Shown here in pieces: positions 24,030 through 36,842 of a stretch of DNA of 64,000 nt. Both the position numbers and the translations under genes were made by a program. Source of the stretch: Octopus sinensis (lineage: Eukaryota); the NCBI RefSeq assembly GCF_006345805.1, contig NC_043000.1, forward strand, positions 160,766,001 to 160,830,000. Reading direction: 5' to 3'. Numbering within the stretch: position 1 is the stretch's first letter; each line of letters begins with the position of its first letter. The notes under the pieces are model-generated. The model worked only from the letters and a program-made list of their open reading frames with translations, was not told the origin of the DNA and searched no databases.

Positions 24030-25274
24030 AATTCAGAGTTTTTTATTGTATTTTTCTTTGAGGCCTAAATCTGTAAATTTTCGAAATACTGATTGGCTCA
24101 AATGAAACAAAAATTCCACGATAGATGAAATAAGGAATGATAAATTAAATGCCTTATGAACTGCAACTTCGAAATCTGCCATGAGATCAAGTGGATATGC
24201 AAAAGGTTGCATAATTTTCTTTTGTTCGAAAATAATTCATATATCTGCTTTGTTTCATTCGGCAGTAATTGAAAGACCCGAGGAAAAGTGCTACCTTCAA
24301 CTTGTACATAAATGCTAAATAGTTGAAACCACTGTTCTGGCATAATTTTGAACGTTCCGTCATATGCCCAGTGACGATATGGTGCTATCTCCTGAAGAGC
24401 ACTTGCTGATGCAAATATTAGCATGCGCTATAGATCGTCGACACACGAATCGTATCTCAGAAACTGTTCGCCATCATCAAGTTTACAATATTTTCCAGCT
24501 ATTTCAAAATCAGTTTTAACCGCTGGATTGGCGGGAAATCCAGAATTTTTTTTTTTTTTTTGTCGGCATCTTTCAATAATCCTGGAAAGTACAGGCAAAC
24601 GAGGAGTTTGTGAGCAAGTATTTTCTGTTAGCTGCGTAAACTTAGCCGCTATTATGCTACGCGAACTTGCTTCTATGTTTTTACCCCGCTTCATGCTTTA
24701 TTTCTGAAACTGCTTTCCTAGCATTTAACAAATCTACATCAGCTGGATGAAAGTGCTCACTAGAAACATAAACAATTTTCGACTCATTGTTTTCCGTTAC
24801 GATGTGAATTCGCTCTGAACATAGTCTTCTTTTCTCACATCTCCAGTATTCTTTTCCTAGTTGTGTACTGCTTGAATGAAAATCGTAGATGTAGTTACTT
24901 TCATAAACTACTTTACTTTTGTTTTTGGTCGATACTATGAACTTTGTCATTTCGGGATTGGTAAATTAAAAATGTGTACACTAAATTTGCAGCACTCTCT
25001 ATACACAGCACCGTACTTAAGAGAGAGAAGGAGAAAGAGGAAGTAAACTGTTAACAGAGAAGGAAATAGAACGATAGTAATCCTATAACGAGGCTCTTTA
25101 TAGTTCTGCGAATATATCATTAGAAATATTTCAACTTCTTTTCCAAACAGTTTATATAAGATTGGACACAAAGTCGTTGGACAAAAAAATCATCGGATAG
25201 AAAGACGTCGGACAAAAAAGACGTGAGCGAAGTGACGTTGGACAAAGTGACGCCGAGCGAAAAGACATAGCACC
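24030..25274 (-). mobile_element. Mutator-like (MULE) transposon with FLYWCH-type zinc finger (Phantom-like), one end retained
   Basis: ORF 24681-24950 YWRCEKRRLC...SEHFHP (FLYWCH-like); ORF 24098-24424 WAYDGTFKIMPEQWFQLFSI...LLPNETKQIY (MULE DDE); frameshifted FHLSQS..LGLKEKY; subterminal tandem repeats 25170-25265 and terminus ...atagcacc at 25274. Confidence 0.82.
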
Positions 25275-25425
25275 ATATAAATATATCTATGTATGTATAT
25301 CTTCTTAAATTTTCTCCTCTTTCTTAAATGACTTCCTGTTTTCCATTTTTCTCATGTCTTTTCTTTCCCTACTTTTAGCATTTCTCTTCATTGACTTTAT
25401 TATTATTATTATTTGGCTTTAGTAA

Positions 25426-25610
25426 GGAGGCGAGCTGGCAAAATCGTTACCGCGCAGGGCAAAATGCTTACCGGCATTTGGTCATTCTGAGTTCCAATAC
25501 TTCAACTTTGCCTTTCGTCCTTTAGGGGTCGAAGTAATCGATTATCTCCCTCCCCGAACTTCTAGCCTTGTGTCATAAACTGAAACCATTATTATTTGGG
25601 ATTTTAAAAA
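25426..25610 (+). mobile_element. SINE family A, internally deleted
   Basis: ggaggcgagctggcaaaatcgtta head, ctttgcctttc..ggggtcga, gccttgtg tail. Confidence 0.7.
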
Positions 25611-26213
25611 ATTCCTTTGTCGATGTTTCAGATATTACTGTTCTTATGTATAAATAAGCCCGAGGAAAAACCCCTTGGGGTTTTTGTATATTTGCATTTC
25701 ATTCATCACAATTAGTACAATGGTAATATTTTGAACGAGAAAATATTACAGAATGTCTATAATGAAAGAAAACAGGATGTAATGTGTTAACACTAACAGT
25801 ATTTGTGTAGATATCCAAATTATATTTAATCATTCTAATGATAACCTAGATTTTAAAAGTAAGACTACGCACTCTGTAAAATACTGAATGAAACTGAAAG
25901 TAGGATTAACTGTGTGAATACATTCATAACCAGATTAAAATATTATAATCCCATTTCAGAGCAAGGGAGATTTCTAAGGCAAGCTTTCTAAAAGCAGAGC
26001 CAATACTGCAGCTAGAAGAAATGTACCTCTATTTCATTGCTAAAGAAAAGTTGTTATGGATTTTATAATTAAATTCTGACGACAACTCGGTATGAGTGAA
26101 CTGTAATCCATTGACAGTGAAAATATCTAACTGAAGATGTTTTCCTTGTTCCTGTATCATGGTATGCCGACTGCAACGACCTTAAGCAAAAAGGTAACCA
26201 TATGCATCACTAA

Positions 26214-27233
26214 TCTCTCTATATATAAAACTGAGAATGTGTGTCTGTCTGTCTGACTGTGTGTTTCCCTAAAACTTGAGAACTACACAACCAATTTCAT
26301 TCAAATTTTACACATGCCTTACTTAGGGTCCATGAAATTTCATGGGCAAAAAAATGTTCAACTTCTTGCCTAGATCGAGTCCATAGCAATATCATATCTT
26401 CTCCACTATTTCAGTATTACGTGTTAAAAGTGAATCAAAAATGTTTCTCTATTTTATGTCAGATGCTTTTACTTTAACAATAAAAATAATAATAACAACT
26501 GAATTATAAGTAGTAAGTAATAATTAAAATCAAACTAAAGTATAATATAATCGTAACATAACAAAATTAAAAATAGCAATTGGTATAAAATTGCATCAAT
26601 GACTTGAACTTGAATAAGGGGTTTCACATGAATGGGAATAAATTAAAAATAAAATTAGCGTGCAGAAATAGAGTAGTCCAGATGGATAATAATAAATTAA
26701 ATTAAAGAAAAGACTATTGTCTATAAAGTATACAATGTAGAGGAAAAGATTTGAACACATGGAGGAAAGCACCTTCGAAAAGTGTCTTGGTGTGACTATG
26801 AAAGATGTCTAATCAGAGGCGGTAAATTCGCCACAATAGAAGCAAGGTTCGAGTCACCGGAGCGTGCAAGGGAGTACTCGACTCGAACTTGCAAAGTGGA
26901 AATATTTTATTTTTTACCTTTATATGTGGGATGTAGGACGTCTCGGAAAAAACTTTTAAAATTCCCCCCACCAGAAGCAGAGGTAGGCTGGATTGTAACC
27001 ACACTTCTATACAAAAGAGAGGACAAGATACAATTGATCGAAATTACAAGAGACGGGCTAACAATTCCAGTCTGTTATATATTTTGAGTATTGTTATCAC
27101 TAGCGATATCAAGATATAACTTTGTATTTTGCATTTTATGTGTAGATGTATATATATAGATGTACATGTAATATGTACACATATATACATGCACTAGCAC
27201 TATGACCCGGCAACGACGGGTCTTTAATGCTAG
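26214..27233 (+). mobile_element. Non-autonomous Helitron, about 1020 bp
   Basis: A|TC start (tctctctatatataaaa..gtctgtctg), 3' hairpin gacccg-gcaacga-cgggtc (27204-27222), CTAG|T end, no TSD. Confidence 0.8.
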
Positions 27234-29454
27234 TAATCTATATATGTTTCAAAATGTTCTCCTTTACCTCACATGTTTCCTCAGTTCTTGAAGTGGAATA
27301 CCACGTTATCCTTTTATGCTACCGAATAATTTAATTAAATACATGGATGCTGGAAACCTTCCTGGCAGAAAAAGTAAAGGGTAAATGTTCACATCTTTTT
27401 ATGAACATCTCCAGATACCTTAGTCATAGTAATTGTTGTACATTATCAGTAGCAGCCTACAAATGTTCCCTTCCTAAGAGTGGATAGCGTGAGAGTATTC
27501 CGACCTAAACAGTTCATCATTTTAACAGCAATTACAAAAGAGACCACAAAACTCAGATATTTCAATTCAATTAGACATTCTTTGGTAAATGCCAAGAAAT
27601 ATTTGATAGATCACCAAAGAAATGCATGAATTTGCCACCTCCACCGGAGTTTCATATAAAATTAACTGAAGTTGATTTCTGTATTAAACAGGTCATAAGC
27701 TTCTCTTCATTTTATCTCACATGTATATATTTGGAAATTTGGATGGAATTAAATTCCAAGCAGTTTCAGCAGACAGTTACTTACGGCGTGGACTGCCTTT
27801 CCTGTTGTTGAATGTGGAGATTCATGGTTTCCTCTTTGTTAGCCTATCGTCTCTTATGAATTCCTATTGCCCACGAGTGGCGCCAATGTCTGATATATAT
27901 TGTCTAAACGTCAGGTAGATTGCAATCAGGCGAATGTGTATCTCGAGAAGTATCACTCGTAAGACATATGTGTTCTGCAGTTCAAGGATAGAGTAGTGCC
28001 ACAAGGGTTAATCTGAGTGGCGAAATATGTGTTGTTAAAAGCTCTTGACAAGTGGTTGTTTATGCTAACTACGAAGCAGTTGCTGTTGCATAATGCAGAG
28101 ATATATTTGGGGGCGGGACCGAAAACTGCTGCATTTAGGAGGGACGTAAAGCAATGATAGCTAATTCTATAAGATTATTATCGCCCCGCCTCTCTGCAGA
28201 GTCACATGACATTGACTTAACTCGGGAGACCTGCCTTGGGTTGCAATAATTATTCATATTTATTTAGACGTAAGAAAATTACATCCATTTATATCAAGTT
28301 TCAAAACCCATCTGGTCAATTTTGATTCGAATGCACCAGACTCAATTGTTGTGTCACTTTGTACCAAATTGATAAATCCAACTCTTTTCATCTCTTTCAT
28401 TTTCCTCTCCTCGTTCTCATCCTCACCATCTTTATAATTATTATTGTATGTATCTTGCATTTATCTTAAGAAGCATGTGTCTTGAAGCAATTACTCCTTG
28501 AATTGTTATATTTGTAACTTCTCTAACGTAATTGTGTACTGTTATTGTGTTTATGATATCATTATTATATAAAGCAAAGAGGGGAGAGCTTTATGTTTAT
28601 ATTTATTTTACTTTTAGGATATTATTCCTAATTTGATGATAGCGGACATACTGCTTCTCACGGCGTGAAAGAAAATACAAATGTAAAGTGGAATGGGGTA
28701 ACTGCCCAACGAATTTTAACATTAACTTGAACAATGACATAAACGTTAACTTTAACAAGGCGTACAATGGGGAAAATAAAAATCTAAAGCGATGTAGAGA
28801 CAGGTAATAAAGAGAGAGCTGTATCAACAGCAGTGACACTATCGACAGTGAAATATAAACAATAAAAGCAGCAAAAAAAGCAAAATGGTGAAGCAACAGC
28901 GTAATAGATGTGCAGACCCGGTCGTATTTGAAATCATACGTCTGGACTTGAACTTAAGGTCAAGGTGGTATAACCATATATCAACAAAAACTTAAAATTA
29001 TTATCCTCACCACCGCTTAATGAATTACGGATCTGAACTGATATTTTAGATATATCTTAATCAGGAAATGACAACTTAGAAACGTATGGTAGGCTTTGAT
29101 GAGATTAAAGTCGTCAGAAAGTATATAAATCATATAAGAAGGAAACCGACAAAATTATTGAAAGTTGTTGTTGTGTAGCTCTAGCATAGATCTAATTGGG
29201 CCGTTCTCTTTTTGATCGTTTGAGAGCGGTCGAGTATATCGAACCGAGTTCGTGATTGGTTTGGTAGGTATTTTATCATTTTCGCAAAGCTAAAAACTAA
29301 GAGAAAAGAAAGATTAGTGGAATTTAAGCTAAGGAGGTAAACAGAATTTTCGATAGTGCTGCTTCAAAGTAGTTATGAGTGTCAAGGCAATGGAAAACAA
29401 TCCGGGCTTATCGTGACTTTCGATATGTAAAATAAATATGTAGAAATAGGTTCA

Positions 29455-29613
29455 GGGGTGGCTGTGTGGTAAGTAGCTTGCTAACCAACCACATGGTTCC
29501 GGGTTCAGTCCCACTGCGTGGCATCTTGGGCAAGTGTCTTCTGCTATAGCCCCGGGTCGACCAATGCCTTGTGAGTGGATTTGGTAGACGGAAACTGAAA
29601 GAAGCCTGTCGTA

Positions 29614-29656
<43 letters not shown>

Positions 29657-29872
29657 GTATGTGTGTGTGTTTGTGTGTCTGTGTTTGTTCCCCTAGCATT
29701 GCTTGACAACCGATGCTGGTGTGTTTACGTCCCCGTCACTTAGCGGTTCGGCAAAAAGAGACCGATAGAATAAGTACTGGGTTTACAAAAAAATAAATCT
29801 CGGGGTCGAGTTGCTCGACTAAAGGCGGTGCTCCAGCTTGGCCGCAGTCAAATGACTGAAACAAGTAAAAGA
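29455..29872 (+). mobile_element. tRNA-derived SINE family B with internal (TA)/(TG) tract
   Basis: A box tggctgtgtggt, B box ggttcagtccc; high similarity to 62347-62700. Confidence 0.85.
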
Positions 29873-29873
29873 G

Positions 29874-29934
<61 letters not shown>

Positions 29935-30849
29935 AATAGAAAATTTTCTGGGAACATTGTGATCAATAGTGTCAGAAGGACGCTGAAATGATGTGTTAAA
30001 TGCATACAGAGTTGGGCTGGAAATGCTGATAGTATAAGAATAAGTAAAATGCTGTTAAACATACCCTGATGTATCTAACTGTCTCACAAACATTGAACAG
30101 ATATTCTGAAAGTAACCGGTGAGGCAAGGTTTAGATATAATATTCACTGTTTAAGTAGACAGAGATAGTGATGCATGCCTCAAGTTTCGGGTGGTGAACT
30201 ACGCTGACCACGCTATTTGTAATATCTGTGTTCAGTAAATTAAATACGACTTTTAAACTGGATCTCAAATACATTATGTGCAGTATATAAAACCTGCAGC
30301 ATCCAACTTAATAAGCTAGTTGAAAGTTTGCGGTGGGATAATAATAATTGAAAAGAATAGTCTGTAAGGAGGGATTTGATAACCGACTACCTTGAAGTGG
30401 GAATGGTTTGCAAACACAAAGATTGTGTTGTTTATACTGACCTCTGTTTTGTGGCACTTTAAATAGAAAAGTATAGAAAGCAGTCATGATGTAACAAAAA
30501 AAGCAAAGGAACTGTTTTTCACGAGCTGAAGCACCGGAGTTTCGAATCTGTCTTTAAGCATATATATGCAATATTGCGGTGGCTGTTTGTATAATTGATT
30601 TTTTAGGGTAGCCGGATTGGAAAAATCTGTTTTGGACACTTAGACGAGGGTCTCATCACAATGAAGAGTTAATCCTTTTGCATATACTAATATACTATAC
30701 ATTTTATATTATAGGATGTAAAGTTGAGTTCATCATTAATGTTTAGGAGTTTTCTTACATGCAGTCATTTTAGTCTCACATTCAGAGCAGTTCTTTGCAG
30801 TTTTGTTCTGTCGTTACTTAATTCCTTTTTCTCTTCCTCCCAGGGTAGG

Positions 30850-31120
30850 TCATGAAACAGTTCTTCTAAGAAGGATTTGAAACGTATAGGAAATAAAGGT
30901 TTATTTGTCTTGCATCTTTTAGGAATATAGTGGTATTAAATTGTACCATAAGACTAGCTTCTTGGTTTGTTATGCCTCTCATTGCTGCTGACATTTCAAC
31001 ACAACCGATAGACTCTGGAACTAAGTTCGTTAGAAAAATATCCTTTAAAATATTAAAGAGCGTGGCATATTTGACCAATTTAAAAGAACAACTGAACCTG
31101 TTCACGAACTTATGCCTGAA
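30850..31120 (-). mobile_element. Possible hAT transposase remnant
   Basis: LFNILKDIFLTNLVPESIGCVEMSAAMRG resembles the hAT ..CTDGAAAMxG region; catalytic D not preserved. Confidence 0.28.
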
Positions 31121-31826
31121 ATAAATTGGAAAATCCTTGAAAATTCAAAAAACGAAATGGTTCCAAGAAGGAACGTGACTAATTTACCTAAACAAATTTA
31201 TAAAAGCGTTGAATTAATAGAATTATGTTGGTCGCATTCAGAGAATATGCGATAATAGGTACAACAGAAGATTGTAAAAAAAACTGAACAAAAATATAAA
31301 GACATCAAAAAACGACCGAAAATGGAGGCAATACAAAGATGTTTACTCAACATTGGGAAGTGATATGGGCTTTCAATTCACATCAAAGGTTATTTCACTC
31401 TCAGCCCTTTCTCGATGTATAAAATAGACGCGTTTTAATCAGTAATATGTCAATCTACTGTCAACATCAATATAAGAATAAGATTTGGATTTCCGTGACT
31501 AATGGCATAGATGAGGTCTTGACAGGACGGATATTTGTTGTTATTTAGCATCATTTTCAAAAAATAAAAACAAAATTTATTCGAGGGATTGTGTTATTTT
31601 TCTACATTGTTACCTTCTAAGCTATTGATGTTCAAAGGTATAACTTAAAAACTTTTCTCTGTGGAACTAGGAATGGATAGCTTGGTGTAGTGTACTCGGA
31701 ATTTATATCTTATTTAAACTATATATCGTGTATCTTTCTACTCTTGTTTCATATTCCACTAGGATTAGCATTTATTTTATCTATAGTCGTTCGAAATATT
31801 TCAAGTCATATTTGTAATATAAGAAT

Positions 31827-32434
31827 GCGGCGAGCTAGCAGAAACGTTAGAACGTCGGGCGAAATGCGTAGCCGTATTTCGTATGCCGTTACGTTCTGAG
31901 TTCAAATTCTCCCGAGGTCGTCTTTGACTTTCCTCCTTTCGTGGTCGATTAAATAAGTAACAGTTACACACTGGGGTCGATATAATCGACTTAATCTGTT
32001 TGTCTGTCCTTGTCTGTCCTCTCTGTGTTTAGCCCCTTGTGGGTAGTAAAGAAATAAGAAATATATGATAAGCGTTGATATTACGCATTGATAGAAATTC
32101 ACAAATTGTAGAGAAGGTGGCCAAGAGATTTTCCAGCAGTCTCAAAGATGAGGATTCACTTGTTCGGTTAACTGGATTTCTGCTCGTGAAATTAAAGTGT
32201 AAGTGACTGAGAGTTTACAAACAAGTGAAACAATGAATCAACCACACACAATATGTAAGTCACATAATATCTTTGACGTACAGATCCAATACAAAGAGGG
32301 AGATTATGAAACAGATTAAGAATTAAAAAACAAAAACTCGACACCCTAATACTGGACTAACGCCAAAAGGATGACAGGTAATGAGTGACGGCCTTTGGAT
32401 TTAGGCACAGAGAGAGAGGTGCCGGAACGAGTGC
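31827..32434 (+). repeat. SINE family A plus about 380-bp 3' flank, inverted homologue of 59144-59912
   Basis: Reverse complement aligns at about 90% by eye to 59144-59690, including non-SINE sequence. Confidence 0.85.
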
Positions 32435-32578
32435 CCCATCCCCCAAAATTACGGGCTTTGTGTCTAGAGTAGAAAAGAATATGTTGGAGTCTATATATAG
32501 CACTCTTAAGAATGTGAAAATGTATCAGTCTAAGTAATTCTTCTTCTTCTTCTTCTTCTTCTCTTCTTCTTCTTCTTC

Positions 32579-32632
<54 letters not shown>

Positions 32633-32633
<1 letters not shown>

Positions 32634-33345
32634 TTTTTTTTTTCTTCTTTCAAATTTGCTTCCATTTCTTGCCGAGTGTCTTCCCGACTCCTAGGGCAAA
32701 GAAACTCATAGTATACATTGGTAGGCCATTAAACCAAACTCAATAGTTCGTTCATTTTTTTTTTTTTTTTTTTTAAGTTAAATTAAAATACATGAGCAGC
32801 AACAGTTCTCACATCGACAATGCTCTTCTCAATACGTGTGATGTACCAGTTAAGACAATCTTTTGCACATCTTGCAGGGATGGTAAGCCAGGGATCATTC
32901 TCATATAATTTTCGGTTCCCTTCTTGATCATTCCTAGTGCTCCTACGATCACTGGTATTGTAACCGCCTTGAGATGCCACATTTTCTCAATTTCAATGAG
33001 TAGGTCTTTATATTTTCTGAGCTTGTCAAACTCTTTCGCTGAGATATTATGATCACAGGGGATGCTCATGTCGATCAATAAGCAAACTTTATTGTTTTGG
33101 TCTTTCACAACAATATTTGGTTTATTGGCCTTGATGGTTCGGTCTGTATGTACTGGAAAGTCCCACAGAATGGTTACATTTTCTCCTTCAGTTACAGCCT
33201 CAGGGTGGTGATTATACCACTTGTCGGCAGTTTTGATATTGTAATGCCGACTTATTAGCCAGTGGAGATATTGGCCAACTCTGTCATGTCTTAATTTATA
33301 CTCCACTGGAGCTAAGACTTTACATCCAGAGATTAGGAAGATACT
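32633..33345 (-). mobile_element. R4/Dong-like family A 3' fragment
   Basis: LISGCKVLAPVEYKLRHDRVGQYLHW...; 3' UTR then (TAA)n at 32580-32632. Confidence 0.9.
32809..33306 (-). CDS. Restriction-like (REL) endonuclease domain of R4/Dong LINE, 165 aa open
   Basis: ILWDFPVHTDRTIKANKPNIVVKD...LLIDMSIPCDHNISAKEFDKLRKY...VIVGALG. Confidence 0.8.
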   Translation of the reverse strand: MEYKLRHDRVGQYLHWLISRHYNIKTADKWYNHHPEAVTEGENVTILWDFPVHTDRTIKANKPNIVVKDQNNKVCLLIDMSIPCDHNISAKEFDKLRKYKDLLIEIEKMWHLKAVTIPVIVGALGMIKKGTENYMRMIPGLPSLQDVQKIVLTGTSHVLRRALSM

Positions 33346-33374
33346 TTTTTGTTGTTTTTATGAATTGTCGTGTC

Positions 33375-34327
33375 CATTATGTTCCAGAGTGTCCAATAGG
33401 GTTCATATCCAGTGACTGGCTTGGCTATGGAAGCTTTTTAATGTCATTGTCATCCAACAAATTTTGAGTCATTTTAGCCGTGTGACAAGGAGCCCCACTT
33501 TCCATTTAAAAAAACGGGTCTTCATTAAACATTTCACCACTGGAGAAAATTGAACGGAATCTTTTCTGCAATAGGGACAAATATTTATCTGAGTTTATGT
33601 TTTCCTCACACACCACCAGCTCTGATCATCCAAATTGCTCCCCCAGACTATCACAGAATAACCGCCATGATTTATTGTTGGCTGCAATCTATTCACACCA
33701 ATTTCTTGATCATAGAGTCGCCAAACCCACACTCGATCGCTGTCAGAAAATATAGCAAACCTGGATTCATCAGAGAATATGATGAGTCCAAAATGATAGT
33801 GGCCTCTCCACTATCTCACTGCTCCAATCTTTTCTCCGCTTGATGTTGGCTGGTCAAAGAAGTGGCTTCCTTCTTGCTGCTCTTCCATAGTAACCATGTT
33901 TGTGGGTAGCTGACAGCTGCTCTGAGACTGACATCAACTTGTTATGCTATATCAGAGTCCATGTAACGAGAATTATCCTACACACTTCTCTTAGCGAAGT
34001 TTCTTTTTTGTGCGATGTGTTGTGGACTCCTTCCCCTCTCTGGTGAATTGCAGAATTACTCTACTAATAGTAGAGAGCAGGATACCAAGTTCTTCTGCGA
34101 TTTTACACTGACTATGTCCATCTTCAGAATGACCCGCAATACGGCCTCTTTGAAATTCAACAGTTCCAAGGCTGGTTTTGTACATGGCATGATTAAACTG
34201 TCACATATGGAACTTGAAATATAAAAATGTTAATTAATAAAAAAATATATATATAAACCTTTACAGGTTAGAATAAACATTAAAACGATGATTTATGGGG
34301 GGTCTATTTATTTCTGTCATGTCTGTG
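33375..34327 (-). mobile_element. Tc1-like transposon, decayed, 3' end lost
   Basis: HTH ORF 33991-34185 (RGRIAG...[18 protein letters not shown]); ARRKPLL, FSDESRF, VIVWGAI, GAPCHTAK, PSQSLDMNPI; TA-flanked terminus cacagacatgacag at 34327. Confidence 0.85.
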
Positions 34328-34364
34328 TATATAGTACCTTTAATATATATATATATATATATAT

Positions 34365-35500
34365 TAGACAAAATGAAATAACAAAGCCAAGGCTGAGAGG
34401 AGTTTGCAGGACATTTATAAGGAAAAAGATATAGATATATATTCGTACAGCTTTTTCTGAGATATTATTCTTCATCAGAGACGATGTAAAATGGTTAAAT
34501 AAAGTTAAATATTTGAGTCAGAAATAAGGAATTATTATGGAAAAGGAGGAGATAGAGAATATAGAGTGAAATAAGAGAATGAAAGTAGAAATAAAATATC
34601 AAATATATAAAAATGTTGTAGGTGCAGTTCCATTATTCGAGGAAAGTGGTATATAGAAGTGGTTAAAAAAGTCTCATGTACACGTCAAGGAAAGTGGTAT
34701 ATAGAAGTGGTAAAAAAAGTCTCCTGTACACGATATGCAAGTTCCAATAGTTCATGTTTAGTCATTTCCAAGTATGGAGTCGTAGATTCTGTGTTGCTCA
34801 TTCCAAAGTATCTTGTGGTGTGAATGAAAATTTGAGAAAGTATTGGTAGTATTTGTAGATAAATGGTTTGGGGGTGCAGAGAGATATGCGCATGATTATA
34901 ATGAGGGGATAGGTCAAAATAAAAACAGGAAGAGAAAATGAAAGGAAGAAAGGGAGAAAAAGTGAAAGAGTAAAAATGAAAAGAGTGTAAAAAGTGAAGA
35001 ACGGGTGAAAGAAGTGAGAAACGAAGTGTTAGTTGGTGGTCAAGATAATATGAGGGGTGGATGGGAGAGGCGTTGAGGAGGGATAGGAAGAGATGAGTAG
35101 ATACAGAGTGAATACGTTTGAGATATGTGAGTAGGGGTAATATAATGGAGCTAACACCACCAACTAACACACCTTTTCCCTCTAACACTCCTTAATTGCC
35201 ACTCTTTGAGTCTTCTAGATACCAATACCTCTCATATATATATATATATATACTTTCAGATATATATGTATTGAAACAATTCTGCGATTTATTAATCCTG
35301 CATATTAAACGATCCTTCAAAATGCCTCAACGTACTGCTAGGATTACCACTGTAACTGAAGTATGCGTAAAATTTACCATACTTTTGTTTTTTACAACTT
35401 TGCTCCATAACCTTGTTCCGAATTGCTTGGGATATCAAGTCTGAATTTATATATTGGACAAGTTGGTTAGCCAAGTTAACTCCGACGCTGTACTTCAAAA
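34365..35500 (-). mobile_element. Decayed Penelope-like remnant (RT trace, purine-rich UTR, hammerhead-like motif)
   Basis: YGKFYAY..GNPSSTLRHFE trace; ctgatgaag..gaaaaagctgta motif at 34443-34484; 49-bp tandem pair near 34642-34734. Confidence 0.4.
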
Positions 35501-35530
35501 GTCATTGCTTGTACTTTTTATCTCTTCTCC

Positions 35531-35596
<66 letters not shown>

Positions 35597-35951
35597 GTGT
35601 GTGTGTGTGTGTGTGTGTATGCGCGCTTGCACGTATGTATGTGTATGTGTGTTTGTGTCTGTCTCTGTGTATGCGTGTATGTCTATACATATATATATAT
35701 ATATATATATACTTATTTATGAATTTTCTATTATTTATCTGCATAACGTATATTACCAATTTTTAATATATCTCGATATATTGTATAACTTCTTATACCG
35801 AACCACCGCCACCACCACCACCACCGACCAGGTTTTCATTCAATTATGCATACACATCCTCACGTACATTCTGGACCCCTTTTAGTAGCTCATTGTTATA
35901 TGGTATTAAATAAGCCAAATTATTGCTGCTATCATTATTATTATTTATCAT

Positions 35952-35953
35952 AA

Positions 35954-36016
<63 letters not shown>

Positions 36017-36034
36017 CAGTAGTAGTAGTGGTAG

Positions 36035-36081
<47 letters not shown>

Positions 36082-36108
36082 TAATAATAATAATAATGAT
36101 GTTATTGT
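35952..36108. repeat. Compound (TAG)n/(TAA)n microsatellite
   Basis: Direct reading. Confidence 0.95.
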
Positions 36109-36542
36109 TTTTGAGGTTCTCATTGTTATTATCAGATGTAACAAATGATAAGGTTAGATGCACAAAAATATTAACGTATCTTTGATCTTTTTAAAAGTTT
36201 TTATTTCCGCTCGACTTTAAATGTTCATCTATCGATATTATATTACATATTTATATGATAATGCCTTTAATATGTACGGAAAATATTAACTTTATTTCTA
36301 TCAACAGCAACTACTATCAATAGCCCGATCACTTACTACACAACTCTACTTCAATTTGTACCTGCTCAATAAGAAGTACTAATATATCTATACAATTTCA
36401 ATAACAGCCGATTTTGTCCTTAACATTATAATCCGAGAATCCATTACTTCAAAAGATTTCTCTCAAAGATGTTATTACCATTGATTTTCATATTTTCCAT
36501 GATCACCCGTAACATGTAGCGCAAAGTTAAGTGACATTCCAC

Positions 36543-36589
36543 TTCTTCTTCTTCCTCATCTTCTTCTTCTTCTTATTATTATTATTGTT

Positions 36590-36649
<60 letters not shown>

Positions 36650-36686
36650 TTTGTTGTTGTTGTTGTTATTATTATTATTATTATTG

Positions 36687-36745
<59 letters not shown>

Positions 36746-36784
36746 TTGTTGTTGTTGTTGTTATTATTATTATTATTATTGTTG

Positions 36785-36842
<58 letters not shown>
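36543..36842. repeat. Compound (TTC)n/(TTA)n/(TTG)n microsatellite
   Basis: Direct reading. Confidence 0.95.

Noticed and set aside
25170-25265. CRISPR-like short repeat array
   Set aside because: Units are adjacent without unique spacers, eukaryotic context, no cas genes; explained as MULE subterminal repeats
30815-30850. Strong splice acceptor (polypyrimidine tract + cag) followed by ggtaggt
   Set aside because: No plausible exon or open frame follows; such motifs are common by chance
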